Shown piece after piece: positions 1 through 7,757 of a stretch of 64,000 bases of DNA; within the stretch, counting starts at the first letter, position 1, and each line of letters opens with the position of its first letter. The notes beneath the pieces were generated by a model that ran no database searches, was not told the DNA's origin, and saw only the letters and a list, made by a program, of their open reading frames with translations. The position numbers and the translations under genes are program-made. The stretch is from the NCBI GenBank assembly GCA_963837465.1, contig CAWINB010000001.1:437646-501645 (forward strand), read 5' to 3'. This stretch comes from Candidatus Doudnabacteria bacterium. GTDB taxonomy: Bacteria > Patescibacteriota > Doudnabacteria > UBA920.

Positions 1-14
1 GAGAAAAAACGCGT

Positions 15-479
15 ATGACGACGAAACGAGCAACCCTCCAGCTGCCAGTTTTGGCAGCCCTCTTGGTTGTAGCGATGATGGCCACCTGCGCTTTCGCGGC
101 TCCGACGATGGCGGCAACGAACGCAGCAATGGCGAACAACTCGGCGACTCTCACTCTCACTAACCCGGCGACCGGTACGGTCGCAACGAACCAAGTCGTT
201 TTCAAAGAAGCGAAGGCTGGATACACCGCGGACATTGTCGCAAACACCAACACCACCGCGGCCAAATCGAGCGTCAAACCTGGAACTTCCACTGCGATGA
301 CCGGCACGTCGCCTGAAATCGTGGGTCAAAACGGTGCACAGTTGAAAACACCCATCGTCGGCGCCGCCTCCACTAACGGCGCCAGCATTACGATGGTATC
401 AACCATCGCCGCCAACCTCACCGTCCGAACTCAACCGATGGACTATGGCGCGGCTCGCACCAATCTGAACGTTTGCTGA
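15..479 (+). CDS. Secreted pilin-type protein, spore-coat-protein-U/Csu-like (SCPU domain) with signal peptide
   Basis: ORF with N-terminal signal peptide (…AALLVVAMMATCAFA) and C-terminal …AARTNLNVC resembling CsuA/B/SCPU pilins; GC about 58%, far above the rest of the window. Confidence 0.4.
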   Translation: MTTKRATLQLPVLAALLVVAMMATCAFAAPTMAATNAAMANNSATLTLTNPATGTVATNQVVFKEAKAGYTADIVANTNTTAAKSSVKPGTSTAMTGTSPEIVGQNGAQLKTPIVGAASTNGASITMVSTIAANLTVRTQPMDYGAARTNLNVC

Positions 480-697
480 TTCGGTCCGGCACGCACAATT
501 AGGAATTCGGCCTTCCAAAAGTCGTTTTCCCAAGGGTGCGTGTCGGTACCCTTTTCTAAAATTTATTTTTTCGCCCTAGAGACGGTTTTTTTATTTCTTT
601 ATTTTTATATAGATTCAAATTAATAGGTAATTTTTAGCGCCGGGTTGGTGATTACCAGACCGGCGCTTTGTTTGTCGGAAATAATTTTGGGGCGGGA

Positions 698-847
698 TTA
701 GGGCGGGGTTTTTTGCTTTTTGGGGAAACGTAAAAGGTGAAAAAGATCCCATATGGGCTCAAGTACAAACTTCATAAAAACGCCCACGACCCACAGCAAC
801 GCATCCATCACCGCCGCAAAGACTACTTCAAAACTTACTTTTTTCAT
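698..847 (-). CDS. Small hydrophobic protein, 49 aa (MKKVSFEVVFAAVMDALLWVVGVFMKFVLEPIW…), not in the ORF track because it is under 60 aa
   Basis: ATG preceded by GGGGGAATAATT (Shine-Dalgarno-like), single hydrophobic helix, TAA stop. Confidence 0.25.
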   Translation of the reverse strand: MKKVSFEVVFAAVMDALLWVVGVFMKFVLEPIWDLFHLLRFPKKQKTPP

Positions 848-881
848 AATTATTCCCCCATTTTTTTTCCGATAAAAATCT

Positions 882-944
882 GTAGTTAGCCCGATTTTCT
901 GGGGCTGTCCAAATATTTTAACAGCTGATAAATCAGCTAACTAC
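882..944. repeat. Compound palindromic element, family A, copy 1 (GTAGTTAGCC-hairpin … hairpin-GGCTAACTAC), intergenic upstream of purL
   Basis: gtagttagcccgattttctggggctgtcc…aacagctgataaatcagctaactac; the arms are reverse complements and each half carries its own hairpin. Confidence 0.85.
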
Positions 945-1093
945 ATTATTACAAAAAATTGACCTAAGGGTATTTTCCTGTTAAACTGCGGGTGAGGAAA
1001 CCACGGATACACAGATTAAAAAATAGATAGTGCGGATACTCATTTAAGCCTCCCAAATCCAAAATTATTTTCAGGGAGTTTTTTGTTTTTAGG

Positions 1094-1121
1094 TTAATTG
1101 TTAATTGTTAATTGTTAATTG
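1094..1121. repeat. Heptanucleotide tandem repeat (TTAATTG)x4 immediately 5' of the purL start
   Basis: Four perfect copies read directly. Confidence 0.9.
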
Positions 1122-1126
1122 TTGTT

Positions 1127-4100
1127 ATGCTTAGGTTATACGTCCAATCAACTATCCCCGATGCCCGGGCCGAGGTTAAAAAAAAGCAGTTTAGCGCCTT
1201 GGGAATAAAAAGCAAAATAGGAATGGTGTGTCTGGCGGATTGTTATACTATTGATTGTGCTCTGAATAAAAAACAAACTGAAAAAGCAAAAATTCTGCTG
1301 GCCAATCCCCTGGCGCAGGAAGTTAGCTTGGATGCAGATGTAGTTAGCCGATTTATCGGCTGCCCTGATAAGATAACAGCCCATAAATGGGCTAACTACA
1401 AGGGCCAAGCACAATCGACCTTCTCATACGCTATAGAAATCGGCTTTCTGCCGGGAGTGACGGATAATATTGGGCACACGGCAAAAGAAACGCTGGCCGA
1501 TGGCGCCAAAATCAAATTTAAAGACGGGCAGAATGTTTATTCAAGCGCCGTCTTTTTTGTTTTGTTTAAACCGGAACGCAGCGGGCAAAATCCTCGATCG
1601 CCGATAAATCGGCACGCTACGGCGGATATCCAAAAAATCGCCAACTCGCTTTATAATCCGCTTATCCAAAAAGCTACAATAACATCGGCGGCTGATTTTA
1701 AGCGCCGGGGGGATTTGGATTTTTCCGTGCCTAAAGTTAAATTGTCCGCCAGCAGCAAAGTTAGCAGGGTTAATTTGAATGTTGGGGATGAGGAGCTAAT
1801 TAAGTTGGGAAAGTTGGGCATTCCCGATAGTGTCATTGCGAGGAGGAGTGCCTCCGACGACGAAGCAATCTTATTTAAATCCAGAAAAAAGATTGCCGCG
1901 TCGGCCAGACAAAGCCCCCAACTTCGCCAAGGCTTTGTCGGGCAGGCTGGCCTCCTGGCAATGACACTAAGGCGGGGACCGCTCGCGCTATCCCTGGAAG
2001 AACTTAAAGCCATCCGCGATTATTTTAAGCGCCGCAACAGGCGGCCCACGGACATAGAACTGGAAATGCTGGCCCAGACCTGGAGCGAACACTGCAAGCA
2101 CACTATTTTTAACGATCCCATAGACGAACTAAAAGACGGGCTTTATAAAACTTACATAAAAAAAGCCACGGAAGTTATCCGCAGGCAAAAAACACGCACA
2201 CAGCGGAACAAGGGGAATCCTAGTGCCGCGCTAGGATTCCCCTTGTTGGCAGGCGACTTCTGTGTTTCCGTGTTTACCGACAACGCCGGAGGGATTTCGT
2301 TTGACGAGGATAATATAATTGCCTACAAAGTGGAAACCCACAACACGCCTTCGGCGCTGGACCCGTTTGGCGGCAGCATCACAGGTCTTGTTGGCGTTAA
2401 CCGCGATGCTTTGGGTTTTGGCCTGGGCGCCAAACCAATTGCTAATTTTTACGGTTTTTGCCTGGCGGATCCGAATGATAAAGCAGAATTGTACAGGGAT
2501 AAAAATTTACGGCAGCCGATGCTGTCCAGCCGCCGCATTATGGACGGCGTTATTGCGGGCATTAATTCCGGCGGCAACCAAAGCGGCATCCCCACGCCTT
2601 TGGGTTTTTTATATTTTGATGACAGGTTCCGCGGCAAGCCGTTGGTATTTGCCGGCACCCTGGGCTTAATCCCAAAAAAAATCGGCAACAGGCTGGGCCA
2701 TGTAAAAAAGGCGCGGCCCGGGGACTTAATAGTTACAGTCGGCGGCCGCGTGGGAGCCGACGGCATCCACGGCGCAACTTTTTCTTCCGAAGGGTTGTCA
2801 GAACACAGCCCGGCCACGGCCGTACAGATTGGCGACCCGATTACCCAAAAAAAATTCAGCGATGCCATTTGCAAAGAAATACGGGATATGAACTTATACA
2901 ACAGCATTACCGACTGCGGCGCCGGCGGTTTGTCTTCGGCCGTGGGCGAAACGGCTGAACAGGCAGGCGGTTGCGAAGTGTATCTTGACAAAGTTCCTTT
3001 AAAATATCCCGGACTTGCCCCGTGGCAAATCTGGATTTCCGAAAGCCAGGAAAGGATGGTTTTGGCCGTGCCGCCCGCCAAGTGGAAAAAATTTGAAAAA
3101 CTGATGGAAGCGCGGGGCGTGGAGGCGGCTGCAATCGGAAAATTTACAGCCGGCGGAAACTGCGTTGTAAAATACGGCGGCAAAACTATTTTGGATATTA
3201 AAATGGATTTTCTGCGCAACGGCCGGCCGAAAAAACATCTAAAAACCGAAAAACCAACATCGACAAAAATCAATCATGTCCGAAAATTGGAAATTGGAAA
3301 TTGGAAATTGGAAATCCTGCGCCTTCTTGCTTCTGCCAACATCACCTCCTCCGAATTCGTTTCCACCCAATACGACCACGAAGTCCAGGGGGGCAGCGCG
3401 CTTAAACCTTTGCAGGGCGCGGGGCGGGTAAACGGCGAGGCTTCTGTAATCCGCCCACTTTTAAATTCCCAAAAAGGCGTGGTGCTTTCTTACGGTTTGG
3501 CGCCGGAGCTTTCGGAAGTCAACCCGTACGCTATGGCCGGAGCTTCCATAGACAGCGCCATCCGTGCCGCCGTGGCCGCCGGAGCCAATGTGGATTATCT
3601 GGCTTTACTGGATAATTTTTGCTGGTGCAGTCCGGACGACCGGCGGCGTTTATGGCAACTTAAGGAAGCCGCGCGCGCCTGTTATGATTTTGCCGTGGCT
3701 TTTGGCACTCCTTTTATTTCCGGCAAAGATAGTATGTATAACGATTTTAAAGGATTTTCGGCTGACGGACAGCCGCTGAAAATTTCCATCCCTCCCACTC
3801 TGCTGATTTCGGCCGTGGGCGTAATTCCCGACGTTACAAAAGCCATATCTTTAGACGCCAAGCTTCCCGGCGACCTGATTTATATTTTAGGAGATACGGA
3901 TGATGATTTAAAAAACGGCAATGTAGTGCAGGCCCGTGGCCTGGCTCCCGCCTATGTCAACGCCCAAAAAAACCTGTCCCTCTACCGCGCCTTTTATAAA
4001 GCCGCCCAAAAAAACTTAATTGCCTCGGCAATTTCCATAAACCGCGGCGGCATGGCTATTGCTTTAGCTAAAAACCTAATTGGCGGCAATTTAGGCGCGG

Positions 4101-4366
4101 AAATAGGTTTAAAAAAAATTCCCGGTAATTGGCAGGAAAATAGCCGCGCTTTATTTAGTGAAAGCCAGGGCCGGATATTAGCGGGCATTAATCCAAAAAA
4201 ATCGGCGGAATTTGAAAAAATAATGCGGGGGAATATTTTTGCCAAAATCGGCCACATAACAGCACGAACGAATTTAAACATTATCGATAAGTCCGGCAAA
4301 AAAGTCGTACAAATTAAAACTTCCGACATGACTCGGGCTTACAAATCTACTTTTAAGAACTATTGA
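1127..4366 (+). CDS. purL: Phosphoribosylformylglycinamidine (FGAM) synthase PurL, with a large-PurL-type N-terminal (PurS-like) domain but no fused glutaminase
   Basis: N-terminus aligns with E. coli PurL (SAFRINKLL / ADLNAPLNDDEHAQLERLL vs FSALGIKSKI / DCALNKKQTEKAKILL); WSEHCKH, VETHNTPSA and QYDHEVQGG motifs; the ORF track starts at TTG 1112, ATG 1127 is more likely; TGA stop. Confidence 0.9.
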   Translation: MLRLYVQSTIPDARAEVKKKQFSALGIKSKIGMVCLADCYTIDCALNKKQTEKAKILLANPLAQEVSLDADVVSRFIGCPDKITAHKWANYKGQAQSTFSYAIEIGFLPGVTDNIGHTAKETLADGAKIKFKDGQNVYSSAVFFVLFKPERSGQNPRSPINRHATADIQKIANSLYNPLIQKATITSAADFKRRGDLDFSVPKVKLSASSKVSRVNLNVGDEELIKLGKLGIPDSVIARRSASDDEAILFKSRKKIAASARQSPQLRQGFVGQAGLLAMTLRRGPLALSLEELKAIRDYFKRRNRRPTDIELEMLAQTWSEHCKHTIFNDPIDELKDGLYKTYIKKATEVIRRQKTRTQRNKGNPSAALGFPLLAGDFCVSVFTDNAGGISFDEDNIIAYKVETHNTPSALDPFGGSITGLVGVNRDALGFGLGAKPIANFYGFCLADPNDKAELYRDKNLRQPMLSSRRIMDGVIAGINSGGNQSGIPTPLGFLYFDDRFRGKPLVFAGTLGLIPKKIGNRLGHVKKARPGDLIVTVGGRVGADGIHGATFSSEGLSEHSPATAVQIGDPITQKKFSDAICKEIRDMNLYNSITDCGAGGLSSAVGETAEQAGGCEVYLDKVPLKYPGLAPWQIWISESQERMVLAVPPAKWKKFEKLMEARGVEAAAIGKFTAGGNCVVKYGGKTILDIKMDFLRNGRPKKHLKTEKPTSTKINHVRKLEIGNWKLEILRLLASANITSSEFVSTQYDHEVQGGSALKPLQGAGRVNGEASVIRPLLNSQKGVVLSYGLAPELSEVNPYAMAGASIDSAIRAAVAAGANVDYLALLDNFCWCSPDDRRRLWQLKEAARACYDFAVAFGTPFISGKDSMYNDFKGFSADGQPLKISIPPTLLISAVGVIPDVTKAISLDAKLPGDLIYILGDTDDDLKNGNVVQARGLAPAYVNAQKNLSLYRAFYKAAQKNLIASAISINRGGMAIALAKNLIGGNLGAEIGLKKIPGNWQENSRALFSESQGRILAGINPKKSAEFEKIMRGNIFAKIGHITARTNLNIIDKSGKKVVQIKTSDMTRAYKSTFKNY
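1340..1399. repeat. Family A palindromic element, copy 2, in-frame inside the purL N-domain (encodes VVSRFIGCPDKITAHKWANY)
   Basis: gtagttagccgatttatcggctg…aacagcccataaatgggctaactac, 60 nt, a multiple of 3; the homologous E. coli segment is shorter. Confidence 0.8.
2207..2247. repeat. 41-nt perfect hairpin palindrome in-frame inside purL (17-nt arms aacaaggggaatcctag / ctaggattccccttgtt, 7-nt loop)
   Basis: Read directly; encodes NKGNPSAALGFPLL in a region about 14 aa longer than the E. coli PurL equivalent. Confidence 0.8.
3284..3311. repeat. Heptanucleotide tandem repeat (AAATTGG)x4 inside the purL coding sequence (encodes KLEIGNWKLEI in an interdomain linker)
   Basis: Four perfect tandem heptamers read directly. 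Confidence 0.9.
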
Positions 4367-4372
4367 TAGCAT

Positions 4373-4431
4373 GTAGTTAGCCGATTTATCGGCTGTTATA
4401 AAAATTGACAGCCCATAAATGGGCTAACTAC
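4373..4431. repeat. Family A palindromic element, copy 3, filling the purL-purQ spacer
   Basis: gtagttagccgatttatcggctgtt ataaaaattg acagcccataaatgggctaactac. Confidence 0.85.
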
Positions 4432-4445
4432 GCTCAAATATTCTT

Positions 4446-5228
4446 ATGCTGAACCCCCCAAAAATCCTCATCCTCTCCGGCTACGGCCTCAACTGCGAAC
4501 AGGAAACCGCGTTGGCTTTTAATTTGTCCGGCGGGGCTTCGGATATTGTCCATATAAACGATCTAATTGCCGCGCCAAAAAAACTCGCGCGATACCAAAT
4601 CCTGGCAATTCCCGGAGGCTTTTCCTACGGCGATGATTTGGGATCAGGCCGCGCTTACGCCAATAAATTAAACAGCCATTTAAAACAACAGTTGGCGGAT
4701 TTTGCTTCCAAAGACAAACTGGTCATGGGCATTTGCAACGGCTTCCAAATTTTAACCAACCTCGGGCTGCTGCCCGGCGTCCTGACTTTTAACGACAACT
4801 ACCGCTACACCGACCGCTGGGTGGATGTGTCAAGGGTGACCCTTGACACTAGCCCCTGGCTGAAAGGCATTAAAACGCTTTCTTTGCCCATAGCCCACGG
4901 TGAAGGCAAATTCGCGGCCGACGCGAAAACCCTCAAATCCATCCAACAACAAAATATGATTGGTGCTGTATACTATAAGGGTGACGTTTGCGGCTACCAA
5001 AGCCTGCCTCCGAATCCCAACGGCTCTATGCTGGACATAGCTATGCTGACATCGGCAAACGGAAAAATCCTGGGCACTATGCCCCACCCCGAACGCGCCA
5101 TCTTTTTTACCCAAACCCCCGACTGGCCGCTGCAGAAGGAAAAATTAATAAGAGCGGGCAAACTGCTTCCCGAATATGGTCCCGGATTGCAGATTTTTAA
5201 AAATGCCGTGGAATATTTCACCAATTAA
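4446..5228 (+). CDS. purQ: FGAM synthase glutamine amidotransferase subunit PurQ
   Basis: GMCNGFQ catalytic Cys motif, PIAHGEG, MPHPER; TAA stop. Confidence 0.9.
   Translation: MLNPPKILILSGYGLNCEQETALAFNLSGGASDIVHINDLIAAPKKLARYQILAIPGGFSYGDDLGSGRAYANKLNSHLKQQLADFASKDKLVMGICNGFQILTNLGLLPGVLTFNDNYRYTDRWVDVSRVTLDTSPWLKGIKTLSLPIAHGEGKFAADAKTLKSIQQQNMIGAVYYKGDVCGYQSLPPNPNGSMLDIAMLTSANGKILGTMPHPERAIFFTQTPDWPLQKEKLIRAGKLLPEYGPGLQIFKNAVEYFTN
4827..4849. repeat. 23-nt perfect palindrome gtgtcaagggtgacccttgacac inside purQ (encodes DVSRVTLDTS); an identical copy lies at 28960-28982
   Basis: Exact 23/23 identity between two unrelated genes 24 kb apart. Confidence 0.85.
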
Positions 5229-5234
5229 GTATGA

Positions 5235-5396
5235 GAAGCTGTTTAAAAAGTCATTTGGGCCGCAATTCCAGAATGTTTGGCGCCTTGCCGGAAAAAATTT
5301 TTCCGCTTAGCTTTAGGCTAAACGTCAAAATTTGTTTCCGTCAATCCGCGCAAAATTCTGTAATTTCGCCTACAAAGCACTTTTTAAACATCTTCT
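5235..5396 (+). mobile_element. MITE family 1, copy R1 (162 bp; TIR GAAGCTGTTTAAAAAG / CTTTTTAAACATCTTC; flanking TGA/TGA duplication)
   Basis: Near-identical copies at 26685-26845 and 34507-34668 in opposite orientation; 16-nt terminal inverted repeats; 3-bp TNA direct repeats. Confidence 0.8.
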
Positions 5397-5629
5397 GAGA
5401 GAATCTGACCTTATTGAGCGATATGAAGAAAACATAATGCTAGGACTGTGCGATCAAGCCAGCCACACTGGTTTTATGGATGCCTGTACAAATTTTCCAA
5501 AAAACGACCAATACGCCCAATCAATAGTTACTAGAAAAATTAGTATAACAGAGAAAGATAGGCTCATATTGTCCCAGGCGTACCAAGATGGTTACGCAAG
5601 AGGATTAATTAAAAAAGCAAGAATCGACA

Positions 5630-5737
5630 ATGAACGACTTAAATGAAAAATGCGGAGTCTTTGGGATTTTTGGTAAGAACTTGGACGTCAGCCGTCTGAC
5701 TTTTTACGGTTTGTTCGCGCTGCAGCATCGGGGTTAG
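5630..5737 (+). pseudogene. purF: purF N-terminal segment (propeptide MNDLNEK, then Cys1 nucleophile CGVFGIFG…LQHRG) ending at an in-frame TAG (5735-5737) where homologues have Gln
   Basis: Same frame as the downstream purF ORF; aligns with B. subtilis PurF MLAEIKGLNEECGVFGIWG…LQHRGQEGAG. Confidence 0.7.
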
Positions 5738-5755
5738 GAGTCATCGGGAATTGCC

Positions 5756-7051
5756 GTGTCCGATGGCAACCATATGGATGCTTACAAAAATATGGGTTTG
5801 GTAACACAGGTTTACAAAGAAGAAACCATTCAAAACCTTAAAGGGCATATTGCCATTGGCCACAATCGATATTCTACATCCGAAGGCTCGCACATCAAAC
5901 ACGCCCAACCAATAGTCATAAACAACCAACTGGCCCTGGCGCACAACGGCAATTTGCCATCGGTAAAAGCTTTAAAAGAATTTTTGGAAGCCAAGGATAT
6001 CGCCACAAATGACTGCAGTGATTCCGAGCTGATGGCAAAAGCGCTGGGTTATTATTTGGAACATGGCAACTCCATTAAAGACGCGGTTATAAAAGCTTAT
6101 CCGCTTTTTACCGGCGCTTTTTGTTTGACAATTTTAACCAAAGATTGTTTGGTGGCCGTAAGGGATACTTATGGCGTGCGACCGCTTTCCCTTGGCAAAA
6201 TAAATGGCGACGCGACTGTTGTAGCTTCGGAAACCTGCGCTTTCCACACCGTGGGCGCGGAATTTACGCGCGAAGTCCAGCCGGGTGAAATGGTTATTGT
6301 CAGCGACAAGGGAATTGAATCGGTGCAGATAGAACCGTCCCAAACCAAACTGGATATTTTTGAATTTGTTTATTTCGCGCGGCCCGACAGCCAAATTCTG
6401 GGCAAATCCGTTTACCAGGTCCGGCGCGACTCCGGCATCCAGCTGGCCAGGGAATGCCCCATTGATGCCGACATAATCGTACCCGTGCCGGAAACCGCGC
6501 TGCCGGTTGCCACCGGCTACAGCAAGCAAAGCGGCATTCCCATGGAAATGGCTTTGGTAAAAAACCGCTACATCCACCGCACTTTCATCCAGCCCGAACA
6601 GCACAGCCGCGACCTGGGGGTAAAATTAAAGCTCACTCCCCTGCCCGAAATTTTATCCGGCAAAAAAATTGTGGTAATGGACGACTCTATTGTAAGGGGC
6701 ACCACCTCGCGTCAATTGGTAAAAATGTTGTTTGAGGCGGGATGCGAGGAAGTCCATATGCTCATAAGTTCGCCGCCGGTAAAATTTCCGGACTTTTACG
6801 GCATAGACACGCCCAAGCAAAAAGATTTAATCGCCGCGCGTAAAACCGTGGAAGAAATCAGGATGTATTTGGGCGCGACTTCGCTTTACTTTTTATCTTT
6901 AAAAGGCTTAATAGAAGCCACCGGACTTTCCGAAGATGTTTTTTGCACCTCCTGCTTCACCGGAAAATATCCCATAGATTTACTGGAACGCGAGACTGAA
7001 GTTCAGCAGCCGACATACGCGGAAATTAAATCTCCGGGCGCTTTATTTTAA
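5756..7051 (+). CDS. purF: Amidophosphoribosyltransferase PurF, the portion downstream of the in-frame TAG; the functional gene would be 5630..7051
   Basis: ESSGIAVSDG…IGHNRYSTSEG (Ntn glutaminase domain) and C-terminal PRTase domain (VVMDDSIVRGTT); the ORF track starts at a GTG directly after the TAG. Confidence 0.85.
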   Translation: MSDGNHMDAYKNMGLVTQVYKEETIQNLKGHIAIGHNRYSTSEGSHIKHAQPIVINNQLALAHNGNLPSVKALKEFLEAKDIATNDCSDSELMAKALGYYLEHGNSIKDAVIKAYPLFTGAFCLTILTKDCLVAVRDTYGVRPLSLGKINGDATVVASETCAFHTVGAEFTREVQPGEMVIVSDKGIESVQIEPSQTKLDIFEFVYFARPDSQILGKSVYQVRRDSGIQLARECPIDADIIVPVPETALPVATGYSKQSGIPMEMALVKNRYIHRTFIQPEQHSRDLGVKLKLTPLPEILSGKKIVVMDDSIVRGTTSRQLVKMLFEAGCEEVHMLISSPPVKFPDFYGIDTPKQKDLIAARKTVEEIRMYLGATSLYFLSLKGLIEATGLSEDVFCTSCFTGKYPIDLLERETEVQQPTYAEIKSPGALF

Positions 7052-7127
7052 CTTAAAAGCGCCATCCCGGAATTTTAAGGGCTGTTAAAATATCCAGGAT
7101 CCAGAACCATACAACATAGTTATAAAT

Positions 7128-7724
7128 ATGCAAATTGTAATCCTAATTTCCAACGCCGGAACCGGCACTAATTTGCAGGCTATCATTAACGGCATTGGGG
7201 CCGGCCAAATAAAAGCCCGAATCGCGGCGGTGATTTGCGACAAAGCCGGCGCGCCGGGACTGGAGCGCGCTGAAAAAAGTAATTTACCCGCAAAAATTTG
7301 CCCGAAAAAAGAGGAATTGCTGCCGCTGCTAAAAAAACTTAATCCCGATTACATTTGCCTGGCCGGCTGGAAACAAATAATTCTGGACGAAGTTATTTTG
7401 GCTTTTCCAAACAAAATTTTAAATCTGCATCCGGGCTTAATTCCCGACAGAGCCGATGGTAGCGTAAAAAATCCCGACGGCACAGAGGGGCTTTGGAACA
7501 AAGGCATGTTGACCACAAAAGCTATTCAAAATTTCTTGGACCAAAAGGCCACGTTCGCCGGCTCATCCATCCATTTTTTATCTCTGGAATTTGATTTTGG
7601 CCCGGTGCTGGGCAGGTGTTTTGAAAAAATTGCGGCTGGCGATACGGTTGATGATTTGTATAAAAGACTGAAGGAAAAAGAAAACCGGTTGTACGTGGAA
7701 GTTTTAACAAAGCTTAACGGGTGA
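7128..7724 (+). CDS. purN: Phosphoribosylglycinamide formyltransferase PurN (with an insertion of about 18 aa)
   Basis: N-terminal MQIVILISNAGTGTNLQAII and NLHPGLIP motifs; TGA stop. Confidence 0.8.
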   Translation: MQIVILISNAGTGTNLQAIINGIGAGQIKARIAAVICDKAGAPGLERAEKSNLPAKICPKKEELLPLLKKLNPDYICLAGWKQIILDEVILAFPNKILNLHPGLIPDRADGSVKNPDGTEGLWNKGMLTTKAIQNFLDQKATFAGSSIHFLSLEFDFGPVLGRCFEKIAAGDTVDDLYKRLKEKENRLYVEVLTKLNG

Positions 7725-7757
7725 TAATTTTGTCAATTTCTTAATTTTTGTTCAATT

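Noticed and set aside
1148-1414. ORF-track ORFs 1148-1414(-) and 13421-13621(-) containing VVSPFMGC / ADKSANY
   Set aside because: These are the antisense or intergenic translation of family A palindromic elements.
2449-3273. Long antisense ORFs inside purL (2449-3273, 2907-3134, 2999-3238), inside the surface-protein gene (35417-35707), inside the MFS gene (40532-41020) and similar
   Set aside because: They lie entirely within well-supported genes on the opposite strand, have no RBS and have low-complexity composition.
5332-5646. ORF-track ORFs 5332-5646(+), 26622-26861(-) and 34280-34570(-) sharing MFPSIRAKFCNFAYKALFKHLL…
   Set aside because: They are translations across copies of MITE family 1, so the similarity is at DNA level. 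Only the 3' part of 5332-5646 (from ATG 5438, 70 aa) could be a real small ORF, and it has no supporting signal.
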